Assembly: GCA_015233495.1 (NCBI GenBank)
Contig: JADFXQ010000012.1
Coordinates: 1-39,402 of the forward strand
DNA: 39,402 nt
Origin: Candidatus Omnitrophota bacterium
GTDB taxonomy: Bacteria; Omnitrophota; Gorgyraeia; Zapsychrales; Zapsychraceae
Direction: 5' to 3'
In this document: positions 1 to 12,200 of the stretch, piece by piece
How positions within the stretch are numbered: the first letter of the stretch is position 1
Layout: each line of letters opens with the position of its first letter
Notes under the pieces: generated by a model
What the model saw: only the letters and a program-made list of their open reading frames with translations
The model's database searches: none
Told to the model about the DNA's origin: nothing
Program-made: the position numbers and the translations under genes

Positions 1-270
1 GATCACGTCGCCCCATTCTTCCCTCGTCAAACCATCCAGCGCCGGCAAATTGTCAAACCTGATCCCGCCTTTCGCGGCGCCGCGGCTGTCATTGTGCACA
101 ATCCGCATCCCGAACAACATCCGGCGATGACCGTTAATGACCACCGGAATTTCCACCCGCACTTCCTTAAAATAATCCGGATTCGTCAACTGCTCGACGA
201 TCGCCGCATCTAAATGAATAATTTGAGCCGCCGCGCGGATCTGCTTAACCACATTCTCAAACAAACCCGA
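1..270 (-). other. Domain start: Glu/Leu/Phe/Val dehydrogenase (glutamate dehydrogenase-like), truncated by window edge
   Basis: LFENVVKQIRAAA...LTNP...VEIPV...GMRIVHNDSRGAAKGGIRF. Confidence 0.88.
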
Positions 271-3200
271 AGCGGGCGAAGAACACGGCGAGGCGCAAAT
301 GGCTGTCCCCGCCGGGCTGCTCCCCCCGGATTTGGGACCGGCAGTTGGTTGCCAAATCTTTTGATTCGCCCAATCAACCAAACGCTTGCGGTATGACAAA
401 TCTTTCTGCAATTCGGATAATGAAAAATAGATCCCCTGATCCGGGCAGGCGAGGGCATTGACCGCGAGCTGAGTCATCGGATGCCAGGGGTTGGGCAGCG
501 TGTCGTAACAGACTCGATCACGGTATTCCGGTTCAAATCCGGCAGGATCGTAATCATGAAGATAATTCCAACGGGATAGAAGCGCGTAATCCAACGCGGT
601 AGGTTGCTGGGTCGAACCGGGATGCGGTTCCAAATGGGCTGAAATATAATCATCAATCGATATAAATCCTTCTGCCTCAGCCACGGGACGAATGATTTGT
701 TCGCGATAATACGTCAACCGATCGCCGCGGATCGGCGCGGCAATGGCCGCGGTCGTCACATAACTCGCGATCAATTCTTCCCGCCAATTGATCGCCGCTA
801 ACTCCACGGCCAATCTCTCCAATTCCTCGTGATTCGGACCCGTCGTAATCAATCTCGGATCCCAATATCCCCGGTCGACCGCCATGAGCCTCGCCTGATC
901 TTCCGTCATCGTCGGATTGTCCGCCATCATTTGATCCAAATCCCGCGGGAAAACATGCGGCGCGATGGCCGTTCGCAAGGCACCGCAATTGGCAAAATAT
1001 TTTTTAATTTGCAAATGACGAACACGATGCACGCTTTCATGAAGATAGATAAACTTTCTAATTTTAAACTCCGGCCTCTTTATGACATCACTGATCTCCA
1101 TTGTTTTTAAATCATCGGAAACCGCGAATAATCGATTCGGATTTTTCGTCACGATGATCTTCGCGGCCTTCACGTCCTTTTCAAAAAGGACAACACCTTC
1201 GCTGATCTCTATTTTGGAAATCCCTAAAGACGCGGGAATGACTAAATCGTGGATGTCTTGACGGAAATGATCGTTGTTTTTTATTTCGGCGAGAATCCAT
1301 TGACGGGCTTCGTCCGGAGACTTGAACGTTGCCGCAACCGGCGGCGCTTTGTTCCTGTATCCCGGGCCATGCGTCCCCAACATCCCCCCGATATACGGCA
1401 AGACTAACCTGGCGACCAACACGATAACAATCGCGAGCCACATTTTATTTTCCGAAAACCACGCCGGCGAAGACGAAAAAACCTTGGCAGCCCCCGGGGC
1501 TGCTAAAGGTTGTCCTGCGGATAACAACGCTTCACTTAATATTCTAAAACTCTCAACTGCGATCGTGAGTTCAGCGTATGATGCTTCCATGCATCGCACC
1601 CTTTCCTCATACATGGCATAAATTCCCGGGAGATTATTGTATGCTCCGTAAGCCAGCGGAATAACTGCTCCGAAGTCAAAAAGATCAACTAAGCCTGCCG
1701 CTGTTCTTTGCTCCATGACCAATCTCGCTTGATGCGCCTTGCCGCATTTGCCTTCAAACGATTGTTGAAAACGATTTATTCTCTCAATCAATATCGAATA
1801 TGAACCCAGCATGTCTTGTCGCTTTTCCCATAAAAACGTCAACTGCGTTGTCCGTATTTCTTGTATATCCCTCGCGACCTCAGCGGCGCTCTTTGACAAA
1901 GCAGTGATTTTGTTTTCCAAATCCTCGACGCGTTTTATCAAAGCCAGCAATCGAACCGACAAATCCTGTAACGAAGTCTTGATGCTTTCCGGTCGGCGCT
2001 GATCTTGATCCCCTGCCTTCGACTCATTTTTTATCTCGGGACTTGGGGTCTGTTTCGATTCCGGCCCCCAAATGACGCGCGCAATAAATTCCAAGACGCC
2101 TTGAATCATTTCCGCCGCCGGTGACGAAGTTGTCGCGGCATCCGATTCTTTCAAGACGACGTTTGTTCCGAAGCCGATATAACTTTCTTCTGGAAAAGAC
2201 AACAACGGGTGAAGATTTTCGTCTCGGTTGGTTCTGCGCGCCATAACCATATAGAGCTCGATATCTTTTCCGGAAAGAAGAACTTCTCCTTGAGGATCAA
2301 AATCGACGATTTCGTCAAGACCGGTAATCCGGAGGCCGACAGAAACCGGCATATAAAATAAATCGCCAAAATTAGATCCCGGCCGCTTCTTCAAAAACAA
2401 CTCTCCCTGCTGCCGCGCGGTCACTAATATTTCCGCGGCTGCGGTCGATAATTTTTCCGACAACAAATGATAAAAATAACTTTTGCGCAGCAGCTTTACG
2501 ACAGGATCGTCCGGCGCGGCGTCACCGGCTTCCTCCGGCGTCTTCGTCTCATAGGCCGTAAGAACTTGAAAAGCAATTTTCGCTTGTTGATGGCGAAGTA
2601 CCTCAATCTTTCGCGCCGCGCCCATTTTACGGAATTGCGAACCCATAAATACAATCGTTGATTCAAGGCCATTGATCACCTCATCCCAACGCAATATGAC
2701 AATAACTAACCCGGCGATCCAGAACAGCGCTGGGATTGTGACAAATAACGCCAAACACATGAAAAGTGTGACGCCTCCCAACAATATGATCCCGACAGCA
2801 CCGGCGGCCATGATCACGATCCGCCACAGAATCGATGATCCGCGATTTTGCTGTTTCCTAAAAAGATCGCCGAAATAATGGGTCAAACGCCCCAACCCGC
2901 CGCGCGGCTTCCATTGTTGGTAACCGTCATCATCGACGGGCGAAGAAGATAAAAGCAATGCCGCGTCGATTCCCGAAACACCGGTCTTTACCGGACTTCC
3001 CGCCACCGGTATATTCGGGATATGCCGATTTCCCGCCGACCCATCCCGGTTGACCCGAGACGTTTGTGGCAATTCTGCTGGCGGAATCACGACGCATTGC
3101 GCGCGATCTGATTTGTTTTGGCCGACACGCGTGCGTCCTATTTGACTCGGCTGATATTCAGACAGGCGCATCAATTCCCGCCAGTCTTTCAAATCTTGAA

Positions 3201-6200
3201 TGCGCTTTTTCACCACTAAATTGACTAATGTCTTATGCCCGAACGCGAGCCAATCCTCTTGACGGGTTGAACGCACTTTGGGCATATGCCGTCGCACATA
3301 TCGCACTGCCTCTTTTGGGGTGAAATGATCCGAAGCGATCCCGACTAATTTCACCCAATCCGCGATACCGGGAATATTGTGACGGCTCACGTGTTTCACA
3401 AATGCTTCCTGACCCGCCGCGAGCCAAGCATACTGACGGATCGATCCGATCAGAATAAAATTGACGTTAAAATAAATAATCGCGTCGCCACGGGTCATCG
3501 TGCGTAAACGGACGGCCGCCAGACTCGGCCAACCGTGAAAACCTTTGACGTGGATGGCAGACACAATATCCAAAAAATCGGCTTGCTTGCGTTTGCGCCA
3601 ATCCGTTTCTCTCAGCGAGATAATCTTGGGATAATATTGATCCAAATACGCGTTCACCCCGGCGATAGCAAAGCCATTCCAAGCGCCTGAACCCGGGATG
3701 AATTGCCGTTCTACAAGTTTGACAAAAACCTCGTGTCCTTTCGCGGCCCACAGCGCTCTTCGGTGCGAACCAACCGCAAGCAAATGTTTTTGAAAATAAG
3801 CAAGCATATCGTCTCGATTCAGAGCCCGCAAAGCGGCTGTCGAAAAATCATGCCAACTCGACCACCCGTTCTTTTTATCGGAAACCCAATCCACCAAATC
3901 CCCGTGTCCCGCCGACCGCCAAGCTGCCGCGTCAATGGCCATGACATCGGCGAAATGCGTTCGAAACTCGTCGACCGCGGAGAGAATATTAAAACAAACC
4001 GCCGCCTCTGCCGGTTGCCGTGACGCGGCAGAACGAACCGCTTCTTCCGCCCTGGCATAGCCGCAGGCGTCAGACGCCAGATCCGCGTAATGACGCAGGC
4101 CGTCCTCTAAAAGTTGCCTGACTCGTTCTCTCTCCAACGGCTCATTGACTGACTTGTCTTTGCGGGGCAATGCGGCGCCGACTGTTTCCAATATTTTTCC
4201 TTCCAAGACCACTGCCACAATCACCTGCGCCACTCGATCTTCCGCGCGGTTTGGCAAAACAAATTCCCAAAACGCCACTAACCATTTCCCATCATGCGCA
4301 TATTCCAGTTCGCGCATATTACGATGTTCTTGCGCCGCGATGAGCCGGCTATAAAGGAACATCCGGGCGAGATCATTCGCCCTCACAGCGCCGGGAATCC
4401 AATCGTTGATGGTCATCGTATCCCGGATATACTCTTGAATCACTCGCGAAGCGTCCAGCATCGCGATCAAAGCCTGGGTATCCGCAAGTTCCCCCCAGAC
4501 CTTGGCCCATTGCTTAGTCTGATTCCAAAGCCGAATCCCCTCCCTAAAACAGGTTTGAATTTTGAGGGTATTGGGCTGAACCCCGGGTTCAACCGCGAAT
4601 TGATGCGAATAACGCATCAACCACAACCACACAATCCTTACCGCATCCTCGACGGAAACATCGTCTCCCAAGGCTGACGCAAGCGGTTGGCGCAGTTTTA
4701 ATAATTTGGCAATCCAATCTTCTGTCAGCATAAATGCCGCATCGCCCAAGGAGCCGTTTAATTCCCGCAGCGTTTTTTCCACGGCCAACCGCGCCTGATC
4801 CATGGCAGTTTGCCTGTCTTTCGCCTTTTGCATTTGGCCAGGCAGAAACTCGATGATCGCATTCGCGATCAAACGCAATCGTGTAGATAGCGGATTCCTT
4901 TCCGGAAAATCGAAATCGGCTAACAGCAGCCGCAGCCTTTGATCAAATTTCGCCTCAATCTCCGGAGTCATGGCCTCACCCAGCGCCTGAATAATATCAA
5001 CAACATACCGACGCACCAGAGCATCGCCGCGGATCATTTGATACAGCGCTTCCTTTGTTTCCGCGTCCGTCTCCGCCTGAAACTCTCTCACCAAGGCATT
5101 GATCCGCGTCCAATCCCTCCATTCCAACCGCTCCCGCGCAACCGACCCCGCCGGCGAGCTCTGAGCCAAAGCGCCCTGCCCCAAGCGAAGCGGCGATGAA
5201 GTTCCGGACCCCCTCTGTTCGACTGATGATGAATTCAGCAATATGGAAGCAACTTTGAACTCATCGATACGCTGCGGAAGGCTGGGCCAGCCAGGCTCGG
5301 CCCCGAACGCGCCGAATTGTGAAGCGACCACGGCCAAAGACGCGTTGACAGCAGGAAGGGCCGCGGGGATGGAGCGCGAAGTTTCCCGTACCGCGAGAAA
5401 TACCCGGCCGCGCCGAATATGATTTAGAGCTTCGTCCGACGCCCGGGCCCCTGAGGACGCGCGCCGAAATCCGTTTTCCTCAGTCGTCATTCCCTGCGCC
5501 CGGGCAATCGTAGGGAGCACCCGCATCTTATAATAATCCGTTAATGACAAGCCGATTTGCTCGGCCCGTATCGCCCGCCCGGCAATTTGCGCGTAATACG
5601 CAGGCGTTTCCTGTTGCCAGCGCAGCTGAAAAGCCCGTTTCATCAGCCGTATAAACGAACCAGGCTTGACAAGGTTATTGCGCGGCGCCGTGTCGCCCGC
5701 GTGCGGCTTAACAAGTTCGACCAGCCGAGAAAATTCCTCCATGGTCCGCAAATATTGCTGGCGCAGGACGATCTGAGAAGGAGTCAAATGCACGGCCTCA
5801 TGAAGTAAATTTAAATCAAAATGCTCGACCACATCATCAAGATAACCTGAGTCATAAACAAAAGTGTTTTGTTCCGGGATGACGCCAACCAATCGTCGTT
5901 CATTGTCACTTTTGATGACTTTACCTTCCCGGGCAATAAGATATAATTGCCGCACTCCCTGCGTAAGTTCGTCTTTCGAGATGCCTATGGCCGAAAGAGG
6001 CAGACTATTGATTTCGTCCTGATAATGATGGTGGGCCTCGATCGCCTTCAGAATAAGTCCGCGTGCCGCTTGCAGGGCAGCGGCCGGCCGCTGTTTCCTC
6101 TTCCCCGAAGGTTTATGCCGCGGCTGGTGTTGCTTTCCCGTACGCCCCTGTTTCTCGTCACCATGCGCCGGCGAGGCGGATATTTTTCTTTCAAAAGCCA

Positions 6201-9200
6201 AAACCGGCGGACCGGACGCGTCGACATAACCAAAATTTCCTAAGGACAATTTTGCCAATTCCGCGGAAGACGGCACGCGCACAAACCGGTCATTTTCCTG
6301 ACCGATCACCGGGTAGCTGTATCGCGTCCGCACGTCGGTAATATATAACGCCTTTGACGCGAGGCGGGCCTTTACCCCCAACGGAATAATCTGCTCATTA
6401 AAACCATCGCGGGCTTTTTCAAATATCACGTCGATATCTCCGCAATCAAGGGGCGAGAATCTTGCCAATAATAATTCCGGATATTCACGATGGACTGTGC
6501 CTCCGACCCAGATTACTTTCCGCGAACGAGCCGATTCTCCCGGATAAGCCCAAAAAAATTCTTGTTGATAAATATCCGCGCCAATCTGTCGCGGCGCGCA
6601 TTTCCCAATCCCGAGAGATTCCATTTCCCACGATAAAACCGGCAGCATTCCGATCAACGCCCAAATTTGATTGATCCTTCCGGTGGTTATATACCCCGAA
6701 TATTTTTTCTCCGCAAAATATTTATTCCGCCAAGTTTCAATCAGCTCGGAAACCGATAACATCGGCAAATGTCTAATATCCGAATGCGTGGACCACCATT
6801 TTTCAATAATCGCCTGTTCGACCAACGGCTGATGGAGCAGTAAATCTTCATAATGTTCATCAACCATGAGGATCACATCCGGATTCGCGGCTAATAAAAC
6901 ACTGCTCAGATCGCCGCCCGCGGAAAGATATAAAACGGTACGTGTGACTTGGTCGTCAAACCGCGGTTCTACCCATTCACAGCGCATCAACTTCAAACAG
7001 TCATAAGTCCCCTGTCCCATAAATGCCGGCACATCGACCGCGCTGGACGATAAAAAAACACCGATGTTATCTGTAACAATATTTTTCATTTCTATCCGCA
7101 GCAACCCCGGCAATGACCTTAAATGCAACGGGGATGACATTGGCCGTTCCGTATCCGATAATTCTCGCTTTAATTCTTGTAATTCCTGCTCGATGCTTGA
7201 TGGATCCCGCTCCTGTAACATCGCGTCGAGCGCCTGTGCTTCTGCCGCGATCGATCTCTGCTGAATTTGGATGTTTAATAGACGTCGTAATAACGCCTCG
7301 AGCTCCTGGCTCAAATCCGCTGCCGTTTCATATATCGTTAGCCCCTGATTCAATCTCGGGCGTTGGTCAACGTCATCGACAATACTCCGCGTTCTCCTTA
7401 TTTTTATGTCTTTTTGGCGCTGCGCCAAATAAAATAAAACAGCTGGTTTCAATGCTTCATAAATATTTTTCAAGCCAATTCTTAAAGGCTTAAAACCCTC
7501 AATGATATTTTCTATTTCACCTGCCTCCGGAGCTTCCGCTGTCAAACAACCATTCATTAAATGATCCAGTGACTGCATTAGTCCAATTAAACTTTTACGA
7601 GCTGATTCAACTTCCACCTCCAATACCGAAGCTCGCCTCGATTGAATAATCTCCCGCAACCTCCGGTTAGCCGGCTCTTTCCATAATCGTTCTAACCGGG
7701 CCTGATAATTCTCTACTTTCCTTTTTTGTTGGATGATCTCCTGTAGACGCGCTTCCAATTCCCTTATCTTCCTACGTAAAACGCGAATATTTTCATTTCT
7801 AACGCGTAAGGCTTCTTCATCCAACGGCTTCGACTTGACAATAAGCCTGCGGCGTTCAGACGCGTCCTGAAGCGTTGACAGAATATCTAAAGATCCAGGA
7901 ATTTGGGCTTTAACAAATTGTTCTAACTTAGTTATTAAACTTGATAACCGATCTAAATTACTGCTGTCCGACCATAACAGAATATAATCCAAAACTTCAC
8001 GGCCAAAATTGGCTTCCGGGAGCCATCTTGTCATAATTTCTATCATCTCAAGCAGAGACCTTACCTCCTGCCCAGATCGATCCACATCCTGCCGAGCCAA
8101 TTCCGCAAGTCGCCTGCGTGCCGCACTCCAATCATAAAAAAGGCGCTTAATATTTAAGGGAACGTCGACTCCCGGATCAAGGTCTAACAGCAATGCCGCT
8201 GCCCTGGACTCAATTTCTATTCCCTTAACTTCCCCTTCCTCGACAGCTAAATTTACCGCGGCCTGCATTTCGTTGAGCGCTCTTATCGGCCCTCTTTGAA
8301 CATCTCCCAGATGCGTCTCATCAACCCATGCCGTTATGCGCTCTGAAAATTTCTCAATCCCATCCATATCCGCGATTTCAGCAAAGAACGCGCGCAAACC
8401 GCCAAAATATCCCATAATGATTTTAGCTGGGCCCTCTTCCATTATTTCTGCCGGCCGGGCCCTGACGAGCGCCTCCACCAAAAGATCATACTCCTCGCCG
8501 AAAACTCTCGATTCCGTTTCCCGAATTTTTTGTCTGTAATACTCCATCGGGTTACTGGGCAATTTCGCCCGATTTTCACAACAGCCTAAAACAACCGTAA
8601 ATCGTCCGTCACTTTGTGCCGAAGTTATAACCAAATATAATCGGTCCTGTCTCCGAAAGGGTTTCAGCTCATAAAGTCCTGCAAAATCCTTTCCGGCGCT
8701 TAGTGATTTGATACCGGGTGGCAACGGCTCATTGTTCCGTTCCGCCTGATCTAACTTAACTAGCTCAATAACCAGTTCCCGCCAGTCGTCATCGGACCAC
8801 AAACGCGGTTGCCTGACCAAATCTGCAAATACGCGGCTGAACGCTATATGAAAACAAAACATTGGCAACTCGGCTATGGGGCTGGATGAAGGGAGGCGGG
8901 AATCCAAAATTTGATGGATGTTTTGGACGACCGATCGAAAATCCTGCTGGCGCCGCTGCGGAACCGCGACAGTGATTTTGATCAAACCGCATTCTAAAAC
9001 CGTCCGGCACTGCTCAAGCGGGGTGGTTAACGCTTCTTCGGATTGCAAAGTCTCGATCCAGTCGTCTTGCGCAATCCCTTCCCGGACAGTTCCCGGCCGC
9101 GCGTCTGCCGCGGGTCGTTCAAAATGGACCGCGGATTGCGAGATAAAAAACCGAAACTTCCAATCTGCTGGCGCGGCGTATTGGATTCTCCAAAATTTTC

Positions 9201-12200
9201 CGCGGTAATACGCCCGCTTCGCCGGTTGCGCCGGGCCAACATATAACCGTTGGTCCTTAATGAAAGCCACAATGTCATCGTCGCTGATAAAAGCATACCG
9301 TAGGTTTTTCAGCGCGATCAGCTTAGCGGCCGTTGACGATTTTCCGGCGCAAGAACGACCGACGATTATAACTGCCCGGTCGGTTTGCCGGTCCCAGATC
9401 AGATTCCCGTGAATATAAAACATATTATGCTGCTGCATCACCTGCAAAGCCCGGAAACAGGACTGATATTGTGTCTCTTCCGCGGCAGTACGAATTTCTT
9501 TTTGCCCAATCACCCGGGCATAGGCGCGCAAATAGGTCGGTTCAAGAGTAGGGACATCGCTGGACCGTAAACATTCAAAAATCTTTTCCGCAGGGTAAAT
9601 TTCCGCGGCTTCCTTCCCCGGACTGGAACAAAGGTCCGTTTCCAAAAATAAAGGAAGCAAGCTCTGCGCCCGGGGATCCACGCCGCCGGTCCGATTTAAA
9701 CCGTAACTGGCAAACAAAGCGCTTCTCCCAACACAACCATGATCATTGCCTTCGCACACCGGCGGACATTGCCCGATCATATTTTCATGCAGAGCGGCAA
9801 TCGCCGGCGCGAAAGCAGTTTGGATCGGCGAAGCAGACATGGAAGATCTGCCGGAATCCGCCCGGAAACGCGCCTCGGCCGGCGAAGCGGCTTGCAAATC
9901 ATCCGCGATCATCGTCCCCAATTTGCGGTTCAAATCAAACCGCGGATTGGCATAAATTCCCCGCCCAAAATCACCCAAAGCTTGTCTCATCCGCGGCTCA
10001 AAAAATAACCGCAGCATCAAAGACGTGGCAGGATCCGGCAAACTGCTAAAACTATACGCTGTCATTTCTGCCAAGAGGGTGTGTAAAATATATTGTTGGG
10101 TTACGTCCCCGACATCAGCCGCCCTTTCTTCCATATCGCTTAACACCCGATTCAGCCACAAATGACACAAATAAAGAAACGGTACGCCCAACTGCAAAGC
10201 CGCGCATAAGGACATCGCACCCGTGACACCAGCTGGCAGCTCTCCTTGCGCCAGGCCTAAGAAAAGCGCGTACCTTCGACGATCAACAAACGGGGCCGGA
10301 ATCACAAACACGCTTCCCTCCGGCCGGTCAAAATCCGCGTCGCGCAACACGCAAGAATCATCATCCTGTCCGTACGCGTTGGCAAACACAAACACATCCC
10401 TACCGGCGAAATATTCTCGCCCTCCCGGCAAGGACCGGGCCTGTTCCAGCAAACGAAAATAGTTGCGCGAGTCGCGGTGATACACATGTCCCCATAAACC
10501 ATTGACGATGCGCTGCCGCGCTCCCTCGCTCAATGACGCGAGTAACGGCAATTCCGCGCACAAGTTGGTTTTCACGATTTGTCGTCCTTCCGCATCAGCA
10601 GTTTGCTGCCGCGCGGTTTCCAAAGCGTTGTCCCAAGGCGCGCCCATCGCCCCGTTATGCAAACCCGATATCACTGTTGTCTTTCGCGAATTCGGCCATC
10701 GCAGACAGTCTCCTCTATAAAGTCCAAAATCCTCAATTTCGTAATATTGTTGAGGCCGAATGCGCTGAGGCTTACCATTAAATGAAACGCATACATCACA
10801 GTCAAGTCGGCTAAAATTTTCCCAATCGAGCGCCGAAAGATTTTCCTCGCCTATTAAACCATTGAATATTTTCAAGCCCGCATGGTTGGTGACAAACCGG
10901 ATATCCGCCTGGGAAAACTGTTGCCGCAGACCGTTAAACAAACTTAAGCCAAAGCCGATGTCCCCGCAACCGCCATGCGGATCCGCGTGCACATAAATCA
11001 GCGGCGATGTTTCCCGATTTTTCACTGGCGAAGCGGCGGTGGCTTCGACGAAATAAAAGGAATGCGGATCGACCTCCAAATAAAATATATGTTGGTCCGC
11101 GGGCAGGGTCCTGACCGGATGGACCCACCACAGACCGCTATGCACATCCAAGGTCCAAACGCGCACCGCGTGCGGTCCGTCCGTGCGCAACCCGATATGC
11201 GCCCAGCGGGTGTTTTGAGTGATGTTGACCACGCCAAAAATCGTCCGGGAACTGTCCGGGAGAAACCGGGCAACTCCTAACAGACCCGGATCGCTCATAC
11301 CCCAATATTCATATTCGCCGTCCACCATCTCCTCATAAATCAATCTCAGACCAAACAGGCGGGCTCCGGTTTGTCTTTCCAAATGATCCGCGTCGCGCCA
11401 AAGCGGCGCCGGTTCTGATTCCTGCTCGGCATTGCGATATCGATGATACGCATTCCAAACCCCTCCGTTTAAAATCAACACATGACAAGGTGTCATCAGC
11501 CACAACGCGTCCAGCAACCATCGATGTTGGTGATCGATTTTCGCCGCATCCCAATAATAATAAACACTGTCATGCTCGAGCAAAGGCACAACCAGATTTT
11601 CTCTCCAATGCTTATCGATCCATTGCAAATGTTGAGACAAATACCAAACCAAATCCAGATTGGGATAATCAGCAATTAAAGATTTCGCGGCTTCGATCAC
11701 CGGCTTTTGTTCATAAATCCCATTACTCCAATTCGGTCCCATTAACTTGATTTGCAAATTCGGATCAAAACCCAAGGCCTCAATCACAAAAAACACATTG
11801 GGGTCCAATTCCTTCATGGCTTGAATAAAATCGTTGCAAATATCGCGATTCATCGTTAAACCCCAATTGATCAACACTCTTTCCGGCAACGGCGCTAAGG
11901 CCGCGTCAATACGAAAACCGCCTATGCCTCTTTGGATCCATACCCGGCCGACGTTAATGAAGTATTCAACCAGCTCCGGATGCGTCAAATCCGGCTGGGC
12001 CACATCCGACCAGCGCCAATTCGACGAACCCCACGGAACATTGTCCGTCGCGGAAACTAAAAACAGCGCATCCTCCGGAGAAACGAGCAAGGCATCGAGC
12101 TGAGGATCATTAATCGCCTTGCCAAAATAAACGTCCGCTTTGCGAAACGGAATCATCCGTCCATTAACTTCCAGTTCGCCTTGCTCCGGCATACCGCATT

